The notes under the pieces were generated by a model, which saw only the letters and a list, made by a program, of their open reading frames with translations, did not search any database and was not told where the DNA came from. A DNA stretch of 64,000 nt, taken from Dimorphilus gyrociliatus. Taxonomy: Eukaryota; Animalia; Annelida. Of this stretch, positions 25,145 through 39,544 are shown one piece after another (the stretch's first letter is position 1; the number at the start of each line of letters is the position of its first letter). A program made the position numbers and the translations under genes. The stretch covers positions 226,964 through 290,963 of the forward strand of contig CAJFCJ010000026.1 in assembly GCA_904063045.1 (NCBI GenBank), written 5' to 3'.

Positions 25145-27891
25145 ATGACCGAGCCGATTATATGGGAAAATCAAAGATTAGAAGTTCTTCACGAATTGGG
25201 CAAAGGTGCTTGTGCAATAGTTCATCTGGTTAAACATGAAGGAAATAAGGAGTAGGTCTTTTAATCATATTTATAAAACGTTCTGGATATATAAATATAT
25301 CTTAATATTTTAGACTTTATGCTTTAAAGAAAATAGAATTGGATGAAAGCCGCAAAACAAGAACTAAAGATGCTGTTGTTAAAGAAGCCAAGTAAACGTT
25401 TATACGAATATCGATTGATACATTTCATTAACTAAGTTTCCCGTTACAGTATTATGGCCACACTCAAACACCCTCACATAGTTACTTATCGTGCTTCTTT
25501 CTTTGATGCTAATGAAAGAAATTTATTCATAGTTCTTGTCAGTACCACAATGTATAAAATGTAAATTGAATCGATTTTTCTTTTCTTTCGTTAGGATTAT
25601 TGTGATGGTGGAACTCTTGACGATAAAATTCGGGAAGCGGTCAAGGTAAAATAAATATTAATGAATTTTTAATTTATTTGATAAGTATAAATAATTTAAT
25701 TTTAACAGAATGAACAAAATATTCCAGAGAGAGATGTACTCCGCGTCAGTATATCCGAAAGACTCTATTATAAATCATATATTTCTTTTTTAAAACTCTT
25801 ATTCGCTTATTATGCAGTATTTTTTGCAAATCACGCAAGCATTAAGGTTTTTGCACTCTCACAAAATTCTACATAGGTCAGTGTAAAAAATTCAAAGTAT
25901 TATCTTTGAATTAATAATTATTCTATTAAAAAATTATCCCTTCAGAGATGTAAAGTCATCGAATGTCTTTTTAAATCGTTCTGCGTCTACTTGCAAACTT
26001 GGTGATTTTGGTATAGCGAAAATGATGAATGAAACTATGGATAAGGCAAGTACATGTGTTGGCACTCCTTGCTACTTGAGTCCAGAAATGTGTCAAGATA
26101 TACCTTATTCATCGCAATCAGACATTTGGGTAGTTTACTTAGATTATTCTCATTTAAATTACAGAAATACTGTTTTTTTTATGTAATTAGGCACTTGGAT
26201 GTTTATTATATGAGTTATGCGCTTTGAAACCAGCATTTGACGCTCATAATTTAATCTCCTTATTTTACAAAATTGTTCAATGTCAATATGAGGTATGTAT
26301 CATAGCTTACAGATTTCTTTTACATCATTAACTTTCTTTAAGCCGATCCCCAAATATTATTCTGATGGTTTACGAGAGGTACTTGACAAAGTATTAACTA
26401 AAATTCCAGAAGAAAGGCCAAGTGCTAAAGCTATATTATCTTTGCCGTTCATCAAAGAAGAATTAACAAAATATATTGATAATTTATCAATAACATGTCA
26501 ATCTCGAGGTAGAAAAGATAGACCAAATACTTCTCCGCCTAACAATGTTGATCCTAATGCATTTCGAAGGCGAGTTGCCTCTTGTAAAGGTGTTTTTGGT
26601 ACTATTCGAGAAGAGGAAAGACCTCAAAGTTCACTTTCTACAAGTGAAACGTTAAAATTATCACAAGAATACGAGGGAGGTAATGATGCAGAAGATGAAG
26701 ATGATCCAGATGATACGTGGAAAGGAGCTGCTATGGAAGGTGCTGTCATGGATGGCAGTATGTCTTTATCACCAACTTCTAGCTCTGATCTCGGATCTCA
26801 CACTCCTTCTCCTCATCTTACTCCTCGTAAACTCCAACATCCACCTCAAATTCTGCAAATGCAGCTGCCCTCTGGTGGAGAATCACCACGAGATAAAACC
26901 CGTCAGAAGGGCAAGCTGGCGCCGCTTTTAAGCAAACCAAACATAAAAGATGAAAATAAGAAAGTTGGGGAAATTTCCATAAAAGGCAAGGGTGTTACAT
27001 CACCACCACTTCGTTCGACAAAGTCTAATTTACAAAAAAGTGTTGATTTGCCAACTGTCTCAGTTTCATTTGCCACGGAATCTAACATAGTAAATGCTAC
27101 CGATTGTTATTCTGACGATTTTGATTCGGATAAAGAAGGAATAGAATCTTGCGAAGAAGGTTTACATTGGCGGGCGGTTTTTTCTTTAAAACTTATGCAG
27201 GTTTATTTGTTTCTAGACATACCGGAAGAGATATCAAGCGGAGAACAGCTGTTAACTACCAAGTGCCTGAGAGCCACATCATACTGCTCTAGCAATTACG
27301 GTACTGCACGAATTTCATAACTGTATTATGAAATTATGTTTGTAATTTATTATCAACAGCTGACATGAGTGAGATTCCAGAAGATATTGCAGATGAATCA
27401 AATGAACAGTTTAGTATTTATGATAATGACTTCGAAGAAGATATAGACGAGGACGTAGAAGAAGTTTGTTTTCTAGAATTTGAAGTTAAGTTTGTAAAAT
27501 TCAGTCTCTTTCAGATAATATCTGTTGCCAAAGACGTTTGCCGTATTAAAGAAGAATCTGATGAAGAAGATCAAGTAGTTTTCGGAGACGGAGAGGATTT
27601 AACATATTCTCTTTTACATGAGTGAGTATAATGACTGATTTATACGAACAGTTGTTTAGCCTAACTTTTAATAGACAATGCAAAACGGCTTTGGGAGAAG
27701 AAACTTACAAGACGGTCTGCAAATTGTATCAAAAGAATTTCGAAATTGAACCAGCGTTAGTAAATGTAATTCTTTTAACAAAATTAATATTTACAACCAT
27801 ATAAAACTTACCATGCAGCAAATTAGAAGGTGTGGTAGGAAAGGAGAAATTACAACCTGCATATCTGATGGGTGCTATAATGAGAAACTAA
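25145..27891 (+). CDS. NIMA-related (NEK) serine/threonine kinase with acidic, low-complexity C-terminus; multi-exon
   Basis: Manual splice gives LGKGACAIV, YALKKI, VVKEAK, LKHPHIVTY, DYCDGGTL, ILHRDVKSSNVFL, KLGDFGIAK and [29 protein letters not shown]. The stop TAA is at 27889-27891. The NEK subfamily is not resolved. Confidence 0.9.
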
Positions 27892-28953
27892 GCAGTTTTG
27901 AGAATGAAGAAAAATTGAAAGGTTCCGGGTCTTCTCTGAATGTATAACAAGATATGTGAAGTATCTCCACAACTATGAAATCTTTAAATGAAACAGAATA
28001 ATATTTTTGCCATACTTAGCGATGTATTGTTATTATCAGTCTATACTCGTTTTGAGTGAACAAACTCATTTCAAAGTTCAGTAATACAAACGTGCATTAT
28101 AATATAAATGGTCACAACGTATCAGCCGACTTGGCGCTTGTTTTTTATATCTGTTGGCACATGCAGATATACATCATAAGTTAATCTGGTGCATATGAAT
28201 ATTATATTAAATTATATACTCCTTACTTTCTTCAACCCTTATTATAATGCTTCAGGTACTATATGTATATATACAAATAGAATATACACTTATGATATTT
28301 GTAGGTTTATATATACTGCATATAGTTTACATATATATATATATAAACCTACATATAGTCTAGATACACAGAAAACATATATACATTTTTATATAGTCAA
28401 ATATATAATTTTGGGAAGTGTCGTTCTAGAATATGGCAAGAAATAATTATATATCGAATATTGTTGAACAAAAACCAGGACGTCTAATATAACTCTAAAA
28501 AACAAAAGAGACACACGTTCTTACAATGCATTGAATTAAACACTTGTTTGGTCAACTTTGAGCAAAGCAACAAGATACAAAAAAAGAAACTTTTTCATGT
28601 CAATAGGATAAATACAATCTTTAAATTTATTAGAATGAGACAAAATTAAACACTTGGAGAAATTTTTCAGGAAAGCCCTGAAACGTTGGATGTGTTACTA
28701 CGGTATACTGTAAATACCTCTCACACGCTTTCACTCTTCTAAGTTTACTTTAATTATACGTGATTACATATAGATAATAACGTATTGTTTCAAGAGTTCA
28801 TAAGGTTAGTTAGACAGGCCAGTATACAAAGTTCATAAAATTAGTTAAATGCTTGAGGCATCTGAAGCAGCATTAGAGTTTTAGAATGAGCGATTTAGGC
28901 GCTTAGAGGCTATCTGCGTTTGTAGACATTCCATGTTTCTATTTTTTGTTATT

Positions 28954-31900
28954 TTAGGAATTTGCCGTAACAATCGCAGGCGTCGTCATGTCAGCGGGAG
29001 CATCGCTATCGCTAGTTGTAGAAGGTTCGGGCGAAACAAGATCGTCGTCGTCAGATGAAACTACAGAGCCAATACTACCGCAAGTTTCGACTTGTTCTCC
29101 TGTTCCGGCTACTGTTGCAGTTGGTTGCATCATTATGGTGGATTGAGGGGGCTCAACACCTCCTACATTGAGTAAGGAGGCTGTTGGTGGAGCATTATCA
29201 GCGTACCACATTCTACGGACTTCCTGTCGTCGAGATTTCATAAGAGCTTTATATTCCGAGATTCTCAATTTTTTCCCATCCACCATACAGGTTCTTTTGG
29301 GACGAGGTCTGTAACGATAATCTGGGTGCTTTTCCATATGGAGTTTACTTAGACGAGATTGTTCCTCATAATATGGCTGCTTCTCGGCGTTTGTCATTGC
29401 TTTCCATTTGGCCCCTGGTGTTCAAAACATTGGTAAAATGTATGATTACTACAGTATAACCATAGATGGCGTTAGTGTCAAAACAGTAAACCTACCTAAT
29501 ATTTTGGAAATATTGGAATTGTGCATGTCCGGACAAGCTTTTAGAATTTTCCTCCTCTCTTCACGAGCCCAAACCATGAACGCATTCATAGGTCTCTTCA
29601 CGTGCGGCTTACTCGAAGCGGGATCGGCAGTATTTCCAGAGGAAGAGCCGTTCGACGCATTATTCCTCTCTTTTGGTGGTCGTATGATTTTAGCTGAGGT
29701 TAACTTTGCTGCGGATTCATTATGACCATTCGAAAGCGCCGATGCCGAATCGACAGAAGGCGATAAGGCGCTAAGAGGAGGAGGGGGAATCATAGTAGCC
29801 AAGTAGGGTGAATGGGCCGTAGAATAAATCGAGTTTAGTGCCGGGTATATGGCAGCTGAAGATAATGGGGGCGCTATGATGGCCTGTTGTTGTAGTTGTT
29901 CTGGAGGACTAGCGCGTGGGGAAGAAGACTTGGGAGACAGTGAAGGATAAGCTCTCTTCATTAAATTTGCGATATCCGCCGCCGCTGATGCCGCCGTTTG
30001 ACCTCTCACGTTCGAGTGAGCGGGCGGAGGGTGAAGACCAACGATCGTATCTAGAGGAGGAGGTCGGGAAGTGACACTAGGTGGCAGTACTTCAGTTGAA
30101 GTTACAGCATTGGCGTCGTCATCCGATTTACACTTGGTTAAATTGAGCGGAGCATCGAGCGTCAGAAGCGGCTGCTGGTGATGCTGGTGATAGTCGGCAC
30201 GAGGCGTAGAGAAGGAGAGATGCGGCGGTGGCGGCAATGGCGGCTGTTGGGTCGGTTGGGTCTGTAGTCCGTATAGGGTTGCTGGGAAAAAATGTTGCGA
30301 AAAGAGGGCAGCCGGTGGAAAACTGGCAGTGACGCTCTTTCTGTTACTGTGCGCTGTAGGAGTGGAAGAAAAGAAAGTGATAGTTTTCATCGAGTCTTAA
30401 TATAGTCGATGTGCAGATGCACGCTTCAACGAGCCAAAACGTTCTGCCACTCTTATTCTTATATTGCATTTATATCTTATAAAGAATAGCGCAGCGGAGA
30501 GCAGCTGTATAGATGCGGTAGGGCAACTATTCGCGTATGCAATCTGTACACCAATATACAGAAGAGAATAAAAGAAAACAACAGTCTATTGTTCTTTTTC
30601 TTGTGTAGTACTATACTGTACACCGGTAATAGTTCAACTAGCAGGTCTGCTAGTTGTGCCAGATTTCGAAACGGCCCACTGCGCACGCGTATATAAGCGA
30701 GTATATAGCAGGTATATACGCTTATATACGCGCGCCAATTTACAGGCGGGCGAATGCTGTGTTTCTATTTTGGTCGCAGCTAGAAAACGAACGCGTGCCG
30801 GTTGGTGTACTGCAACGGGAAAAGAAAATGAAACATCTGCGCGCTCCTATATATGACACGAAAGCAAGAAAACGACTATTCTATCCTTTAAAGGAAACGG
30901 CCAATTCTTCATCTTCTAATCACTGACGCGCACCAACCGCCTATAGACGCGCTATGCTGCATGCACAATCAGCAGACCGTCTTCGACCATCAAAGGTGCG
31001 TGGCAATGGCAGCGGAGGAGACAATTGGCCGCTGCTAGTTCTATTGCCTAAAGGCGGTTTGACTAGAACGAGAGAAGGAAAATGTCAGCGGTGTCCGAGA
31101 CTAGCCTCGTTAGTTGCGTAGCCCGGTTGCACAGAGACGCACAGACGCCCGGCGGTATAAGAAAAGAAGGGAAGATAAGCCACGGAGCGAGCGTCACATT
31201 CATTACGCAGCGCATTGACAAAATTTGACAACTGATCACTGACCTGGTGCTTCGAGATCGGTTGCTCGTTGTACGTTATTATTCCTTCCTTCGATCTGTT
31301 TTTAAAAAATTAGTTGGTAAAAAAAGTTGTGGTAGCAAATTCATGCATTCATTAGATCATAAGCTTTCCGCGCCACCTTTGCCTGACCTCAATCACAATA
31401 CGCGCCTAAACTAAACGCCTCATTACCGCATCCATCATTTGAGGAGAGCATGGGCAAAGCCGAGAACGATGAGCGTCAAATCTCCTCGTTGTCGTCGTCG
31501 ACAAGCCCGCTGCCGCCACCGTCGTCGTCAGCAGCAGCAGCAGCAGCAATCTTGCGGTCAGTGCAGTAGGGGAACGGCGGCGCTCATTAGCGGTGCACAG
31601 GTGCGGACAGAGAGATCAAAGGCGCTGCAACGGACGTGGCCCGCCATACAGTCGACGTGACGCACCAACGACTCGAAGCGCGGTTACGCATACATATATA
31701 TATATATATATATATCTTATATAGATATATACAGTATATATAAATTTATATATATATACGTATACATAAATACAGCACATACACGTGCATATATTCATTT
31801 TCTTCTCTGTAGCGCATGTCACCCACACAAAATTTATAAAAATATACGCACTTATACAATAAAACAAAGCGCCGACAAATGCAGTTGGCGCGAAAATGGT

Positions 31901-32712
31901 GCACGAGTACCCTTCTCGTAATGGCCGTCGGTGCATAAACACGCGTCGACCGATGTGTCCTGGCGCTCGGGGACAGACGCGCCGAATACAAGCCGTCTTC
32001 AAAGAAGAAAGGGTCTGAAAGCCCGTGTGCGTATAAATTTCAAAACAATACGCAGGAGTATAGAATATATACACTACGAGGCAAAAGTGAATGCTTATAC
32101 AATATACGGTATGCACATATACAGTATACATATATTAGAATATATATATATATATATATATATGGTAGTAATATGACTTATAAATAATATAAAATAATAT
32201 AACTACTACTGTAAGTATATATATATAATTTCTATACCTGCATTATTTTGAAAGAGATTATATTATATTGTCCGTTGCGGAACGCCTATATCTAAACGCC
32301 AATAATCGTCTAAAAGACTTACGTGATTCGGCGGTGAATTGAGCAAACGTTGTCGAACGCTCTGCAAAGTGGCTATAGCTTCGCCAAGCCGCTGTTCGCG
32401 ATCTTCTAAAGTCATCGCCTCATCTTCTATGGCCAATGCTTTTTTCACAGTCTTGACAACATCCTCCTGTGAGTTCTCGTTCCCTATGCTGGCCAACAGT
32501 CGTTGTTTCTTACTCGGTACTACGCAAGTTACACCCAAGTCCGCCTCCGCTTCCGCTGCTTCGATCGATATGGACGTCTCTGAACCACAATCTTCCTCTT
32601 CGTCTTCCTCCTCTTCTTCGACAAGCATTCGCTCTTCACGCTTCGGGCGGCAAACCGTCTGCTGTTGCTGACGTAGCACCTTAGTCGGAGTATTCTTTCG
32701 TTTCGACGACAT
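28954..32712 (-). CDS. SoxD: SoxD-group HMG-box transcription factor (Sox5/6/13 ortholog); exons 32712-32323, 30353-29496, 29414-28954; junction between the first two unresolved
   Basis: The HMG box [79 protein letters not shown] is followed by the SoxD-specific [22 protein letters not shown]-terminal MSSKRK, a coiled-coil segment [23 protein letters not shown] and a PLNLT motif are also present. Confidence 0.92.
31692..31760. repeat. Imperfect (TA)n microsatellite in the SoxD intron
   Basis: Directly visible TA runs. Confidence 0.8.
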
Positions 32713-35188
32713 ACTGCTGAATTGCAGGCAATTGTTAAACTCTGACTGCCTAGATCGGCAAACAAGACGAACAATAAGAAAGTTATGCGGCGCGTCTTCA
32801 CCGTGCAAATAGCGACGGATCGCACGAAAATGGCATTGTCAGATCGAAGTTGAATGGCAAAGTTGGCCGCCGTAATCGAATTGTTCGCGGACGGTGACAG
32901 TTAGAGCCGGAGGGCGGACAGAGAAACTGGCCGGCGACAATCGTTCGGAAAATTGGCTTAGGATTCCTAGACTATGTGTTACTACATTTCAAATAATTTT
33001 TAACGGGAGAAAGTCGTTGAGGCTGTGGCGTGAAAATTAATCGCGTCTGCGCGTTTCTTTTCGAAACCACTTTCGCCAAACGCCTCTCTTATGTCATTGT
33101 TTATCATTAGGACGCGCAATATAAGCGCAACCCGCCTTCGCTCTTCTTTTCTTTATTCATACCCTCCGCCAACAAGAAAAAACAATAAGTTTGGCAAAGA
33201 ATTCCTATACACATACCATGCACATTAATCTACACACTCGAAAATAAAAGACTACCTACCTATATATACATATAAAGGCAATAAATATATGTATAAATGT
33301 CCTACAGAAAAACTTTATCAGGGGACAAACAGAAAGGTTGTTTGTCAAACGCCACTTTCCAGAGCATCAGAATCGGCCAAGAGCATTGGGCGGCGAGTGA
33401 AAGGCAAAAGATGCGCACGCCGTCTACACACATACAATGCTCCTATTTTTTTTTCCGCTTGATACCAGGTGGCGGCCTAGTATCCGTCTTCTTATCATGG
33501 CGTCGACTCAAATTACGCAATTGACGGCGTTCAGTTAGATTCTAGAGAGTTTAACACAGTTCATGACCGTCTAGTTCCCACAACAATTTAAGATTAGAGG
33601 AAGATTGATTAGCAACCGTATATCATAATATAATATATAAACTATATTCGTACATCATACATATTTCATATAGTGTATATGTACATATATATGTATATAT
33701 ATTATATAAATTTATATATACATATATACTGTATACATATTCTAGAGAGTTATTTTATGATTATATTTTGGAAAAAAATTGTAAACATTAATAACAGAAG
33801 ATGTACATCTAAAGAGCAAATGACTATTTAAACCAAATTCTTACCCCTCAGTACGTTTACAGATGAATGTATATTTACATATATATGTAATATACTTATT
33901 TTACAGTGGATCTAGAACAAACATGCACATATATAACCACACGTATAGTATAGAGACGCCAACGAACAAGAAAAACCTTTCAAACATGAAAGGCGTCGAA
34001 CGATGAGCGCTTTGAAACAATACATGCAGACACGCCCGAAGCGTCTAAAAAAGTTTTCCTGTCCCTCTTTTCTATCACAGTTCTACGTATACTTGACTAT
34101 ATGCTAAAGACGCAATTGGTAGTCAAAAGACACGGTGATTGGCAAGCCTCTTTGCCGAGTGTTAGTCATCTAAATGCTAATCTGAGAAATATATACGGTA
34201 TAGGTATGGCATATAGGTTAGTATTAGACCATTAGTATTTACTTGGCACATTGTTCAACAATAGAGATGGTATAGTATTCGCAAATTAATTACATCCAAA
34301 GTAACAAAAAAAACTATAGAAACTACAGAATCTACAGCTGCGTGTCTGCTAAAAGAGTATTGTTATGCGCGCGAAAACAATCAATTTCTCAAATCGATAT
34401 TCGATTTTGGATAAACGAGGCATTTTTGCGAGATTAGAATTATAGGAAGGGGATTTACGAATAGAATAAGTAGAAATAACGACACCTCCTAAAAACAAAA
34501 GCACCAGCATTCCTTTTATTCTGCTATCGGTTAACGGGCGATTGCTGCGAACTACGTTGACAGTTCACAGATGCTCCCTTTCTCGCAGCCCCTGAGCCGC
34601 CCGGAGAACACAGCTCGTGGGAATCGGCGATCGCCACTCAATCACGTCGACGAACGCTCAAATATTCGCGCCGCTTATGCATTATTCGCGAAACAATCGG
34701 CGCCGATTGTGTCAACAGTCGAAAGCAGCTCAATCATTATTCATAAGTGCGGAGAGAGAAGGAGTTGGCATGGTTCGGACTCAGCTGTAGTCTGCCCATT
34801 CTGCAATCCGCCGGAGACCGACGCTAAAACAAGTCAAAATTAAGCGCGCACCCTACTTCCATTCCCCCGTTACATCAATAAGTAACGTCTGCAAGCGTTC
34901 CGGACGACGATGAGAGAAAGAAGCCGGTAAAAAAGGCGGTATACGACAGAATACATTCGATTTGTTAGGTTTCACCAGTTGAACGATTCCCCACGCATTG
35001 TCCCAACCACGTTCCGACGGATGGATATGGCGACGTCGACGACGACGTCACAGCTGCATCTCGACTTCATTCTACCTAATCCAATTGTACGGGCGGTGAG
35101 CGGCAAACATGAAAGACGTCCTCTATAATCCGTTCGCTCGCAAGTGCGTCGTATATGCGTTCCATCTGCACTAGTCTTTTTCAGTAAT

Positions 35189-35213
35189 ATCTATCAATCT
35201 ATCTATCTATCTA

Positions 35214-35246
<33 letters not shown>
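35189..35246. repeat. (TCTA)n tetranucleotide microsatellite upstream of SoxD
   Basis: Directly visible ctatctatctat... array. Confidence 0.9.
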
Positions 35247-35247
<1 letters not shown>

Positions 35248-35751
35248 GCTTCCCGTCTCTTTTTCTCTCTCTTTTGTTTGAAACTTATTTTTCATTCTTC
35301 TGTGGAGAGCTTTGGCTCTCTCACACTCTCTTTTCTCTTTATAAACGTATAATTATATTTTCGGTCGGAGAGCGATCGACTGATCAGAATCAATAAAAAT
35401 GGCATAGCAATTGATAGAAAAAATCATGTACTCATACATATACAACTAACAAGAAAAATGGTCAAGGTATAAATAGAGGATGTAAAGATAAGAATAAAAA
35501 ATTGAAAGAGAAATAATGCGATCTATCCAACTAAATCGATAATGATTTCAGAGTGTTGTTATACCTGGCACCCACGCTATAAACAATTTGCAAAATCGCG
35601 AGCTACAGCAATCATCGCCAATCGGCACCGCCAATTGACGCGCTTACGCGTCGCGCATCTTGGTCGGGACGCATCTTCTGCGGACGGCAGCTGGCGTTCG
35701 TTCGATATTTACTATTGACAAACTCACAAACTCGCAAAACTAGAGGCCAGT

Positions 35752-35753
35752 TA

Positions 35754-35794
<41 letters not shown>

Positions 35795-35812
35795 CTGTCT
35801 TTATATATATAA
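35752..35812. repeat. (TA)n microsatellite
   Basis: Directly visible. Confidence 0.85.
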
Positions 35813-38800
35813 ATATATAAATTTTAAATTTCGTAAGACAGTCAATCTATACGATACTCACCTATGACTTTGTAGATACTCAAACGTCGACTAAAGACAT
35901 AAATATAGAAGTCTAAATTTGTACGTATAGGTAACGACTAAGTGTTTTTATATTCGGAGTTCAATTGTCATAGAGATTACTGCCAAACTTATATAATCTG
36001 CGCTGTATATATATTATAAACAATGTACCACACAATGCCTATATATAAACGTATAATATATATATATATACACTAATATATATTGTACTTTCGGCGCTGA
36101 GCTTATTTAAAAGCGGTTTTAAATGTTTTACAATTATTAATTTATCTCAAGGAATAAATATAATTATTTAATACATGTAGGTTTGATAAATTTCTTCATA
36201 TTTACTTTCTTACATTGAGTATGTACTGTATAATGGAGTATATAAATATATATAATTATATATACGTACGTATAACGCTAAAGCAATAGTCAATACGAAG
36301 CAGATGCTAGTAAATTTTCAATTGATGTCTATTCGAAAGAATAATAGGCGTTTCGCGCCATCTTTGATTTGTCGTAATTTATTGCTCGTCGACACCTATA
36401 GGAATATTTATCTATATATATTGGGGCACGAAGGGACATATAGGAAGGCGCAATCCATTTGCAGTGTTTGCGACGAGAATAAACGTCGCGGAGGCTAACT
36501 AAATCAAGAATCAGGCTACCAGATGAGGCGCGATCGTGCAACTCGAAATATATCACTTATTTAGAAAAAACTTTTCTTTGGGAAAAGAAAAGAAAAAGTG
36601 TAGAGAAAAAATAAAAACAGTCTAACGATACCTTAACGCGATAAACGGCGCTGCTGCATCGCCGAAACGGCTCGCTGCGGCAAACAAACGGGGTCAGGCC
36701 GAGTTGAAGACATGTATGCCGTACGAGATGCCGATAGTTCCTGATAGCGCCACCTATCACCCACCCGCGTACCGCCAATTGCAGCAGCAACTCAACAAAA
36801 ATCAAAGCGTAGCGCGCACCATTATAATGGACACAATGAAGGGCCTTATTGATTAAGGCACGAAGGGTGGAGAACGTTTGGAGAACAATTTGTAGTTAGT
36901 ATGTATAATGTATTGAGTAGTGAACGAAGAGCAGAAGTCGCATCATAGCCGTATCATATGTATCTATTACTTTAATTTACTTATATGTATTACCTACGGC
37001 GCTTTTTCTATGTCGTCGCGTCGTTTTACTCTAATGCGACGAATTATTTTATATAATGTATTATAAAGATTATACTTACACCAGGTAAGACCAACTCTCC
37101 TTCATAATGCAATCGAGTAGTTTGAAAAGGCAGTGTCGCTTTCTGTATAAAGAAAATAGCAGTTAAAGAAGCAACATACCACAAAGAATGAAATCAGAGG
37201 AACCAAAAGGCATGAAGAATGATTACAACGTGACTTTAACGCCGTCATTGACGCTTAGGTGATGCAAACGATAGACATGGGACGGTATAAGGGCAAGCCG
37301 CATCATCTAAATGTGGTCTCACGTGAGAGCCGGATTATAATGGCTCGTTACGGTGTGCCGCCCCCGGGGTCACTAGCACAAAAAACACCAAAACAGTAGC
37401 CAACTGCAATTTTTGTAAAAATTGAATTGAACACGTCCACTTCTTAACAAATATTAAGGTTTTAGCTGGGTAATATATGTTTGGTTCAAAGACTATTGTA
37501 CAGCCCAGTATAAGTCAGAGATTTCACATCTCTAACGCTAATATTTTCCAGCCACACTTTCACATTTCCACAAAACATGACAAACGACGACTAGCTGTCA
37601 GACGTTAATTGCTATCGCGCTATCTGCCCTGGCCCAACGCCATAATTGACTATTTTCTTCGCATTAACGCCGTCGCCGAAGACGGCCACCTACACGTAAT
37701 GAATTGAGTGACGCCACGCCAACGACGTCGAGCTAGCGCACAAACGAGTTTTGTCATAGTCCAATCAACGTTACAAAGGGCTTATCTGCATATTCATTGT
37801 TTAACGTCAGAATTGTTGGATCTTACCGTTGTGGAGATTAATAATTAAATTTATGTAGTAGGATATGTAGATATATCTAAAACAATCTATAGAGTAGTCG
37901 GAACAGTCCTTTTCTCCTTCCTCTGCTTTCAGCAACGTAGGCGGACGGCAGCTGCGCGTGAGTAAGCAAAATAGAATTGAGAGTGACAACAATGCGCCTG
38001 GCCTGTACGCGATTCTTCTTTCTCTAGATCTAGCTCACTAGTTCTCTTTCTTTCTGTTATGCGTATTGCTGCAGTCTATTGACAATTTGACACCCTATAT
38101 AAGATCTCCAACAATGCACCAACCAGATCCGGATAGACGTCGGTGGCGAGCCGTTAATGCAGCCCAAATCACTGTTATGTGCGTGCAGACCGTCATGTAG
38201 CGTCCCCTCGAGACGGCCGCACCACTATTACGTACTGTGCCGAGCGTGTGCAATTGCGGGCTACGGCGAGATGCCGACGATGCCGACGACGCTCGATCAA
38301 TCGATTATTTCGCGGAGTTTTCGCTTAACGCCAACTTTGACCCGTCGCTCGCAAAAATCTCCGCTACCTCCCAAGGGACTTATGCAACAAAGGCACAAGT
38401 CTTCTTTCTTGTAGATAAGCTAATGCGATTGTGCGCCCTCTTTTGGGACCCACGAACCGTCGCCTCTACCGTCCTTCTTTCTTCCCTCACTGTCTACTCC
38501 CCTTTATCCACTCTTTGTTAAAAAATAACAAGACAATTCTCGTCTAACAGCTGAATCAAAGATTAGCCTCGTATACTTGGCGAACGAGTGCAACCTTTAC
38601 CTCTCTGGGGACGTCTCTTGCCACTTTGAACGCCCTAACCTTTGACATTGTTTTCTTATACGATTACGGCGCGACTTTGCTTCTTCAACTGTCCACGGCC
38701 GCTAGATGGCGATTATAATATATAAAAAAACAGACATTTCTCCATTTTTTATCATTTTCAACCGTAAACTGCGTACAAATAAATATAACATATAAATGTC

Positions 38801-39544
38801 AATTTTCAGCAAAATCTAAATGTACATTTTCATACATACATTAAAAAACTCTGCATCTTTGAGCACTTCATATAATAAAAGACAATGTCGCCGTTTTTGC
38901 TTAAAGCGCACTTTGCGGTAGAAATACATCATTCATAAAAATACATATGGCATGACGAATATCGCAATGATGCGCACGAGAAGCACGAGAAACTCTCAAT
39001 AACAGTGCCAAAAAATTTACATTCGTATATCAAACAACAAAGATTTTTTGGCTATTTTATAAAATTTACATTTTAAACGGCGGTAAAACTTATACTCTCA
39101 CCTATGAAACACTGAAAAAATATTTCTTCTGATCTTTACATAAGCAAATGCAATAGGATTAAAAGGTAATAAGAAACTGTCATTGTTCCATAGGTCTTTT
39201 ATGGCAAAACATTTCAGTATTTTCGCTAGGCTCCAACACTGCAGATGGCGTCACAGTCAAACACCATCATTGGAAAATAAATAAGCATTGGAACAAATCA
39301 TTTTATACACAAAAACGTTTTTTTTTAAAAAATATACTTACACCATTCTACTTAACGAACACAATTCAATAAACAAGAAAATGTTTGCTGCCATTTCTAA
39401 ACAGTTTATTGTTAATTCATGCACCAGCATAAGGCTTCGATAGCCCAAGCGATGATTTATTTTATTGCCCTATCCTGAGTGTTGTATACCAGCATATTAC
39501 ATTCAAAGAGGCATCTCATCGTTTACTTCTCAAGCGATTTTGCG

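Noticed and set aside
31616-32176. Overlapping 81-171 aa ORFs rich in Y/I/C
   Set aside because: They are largely translated TA microsatellite. Only the 32014-31852 sub-segment is kept, as a candidate SoxD exon.
32829-39500. Numerous 60-95 aa ORFs upstream of SoxD
   Set aside because: No domains, no consistent splice chains, many non-ATG starts, and composition like the regulatory DNA elsewhere in the window.
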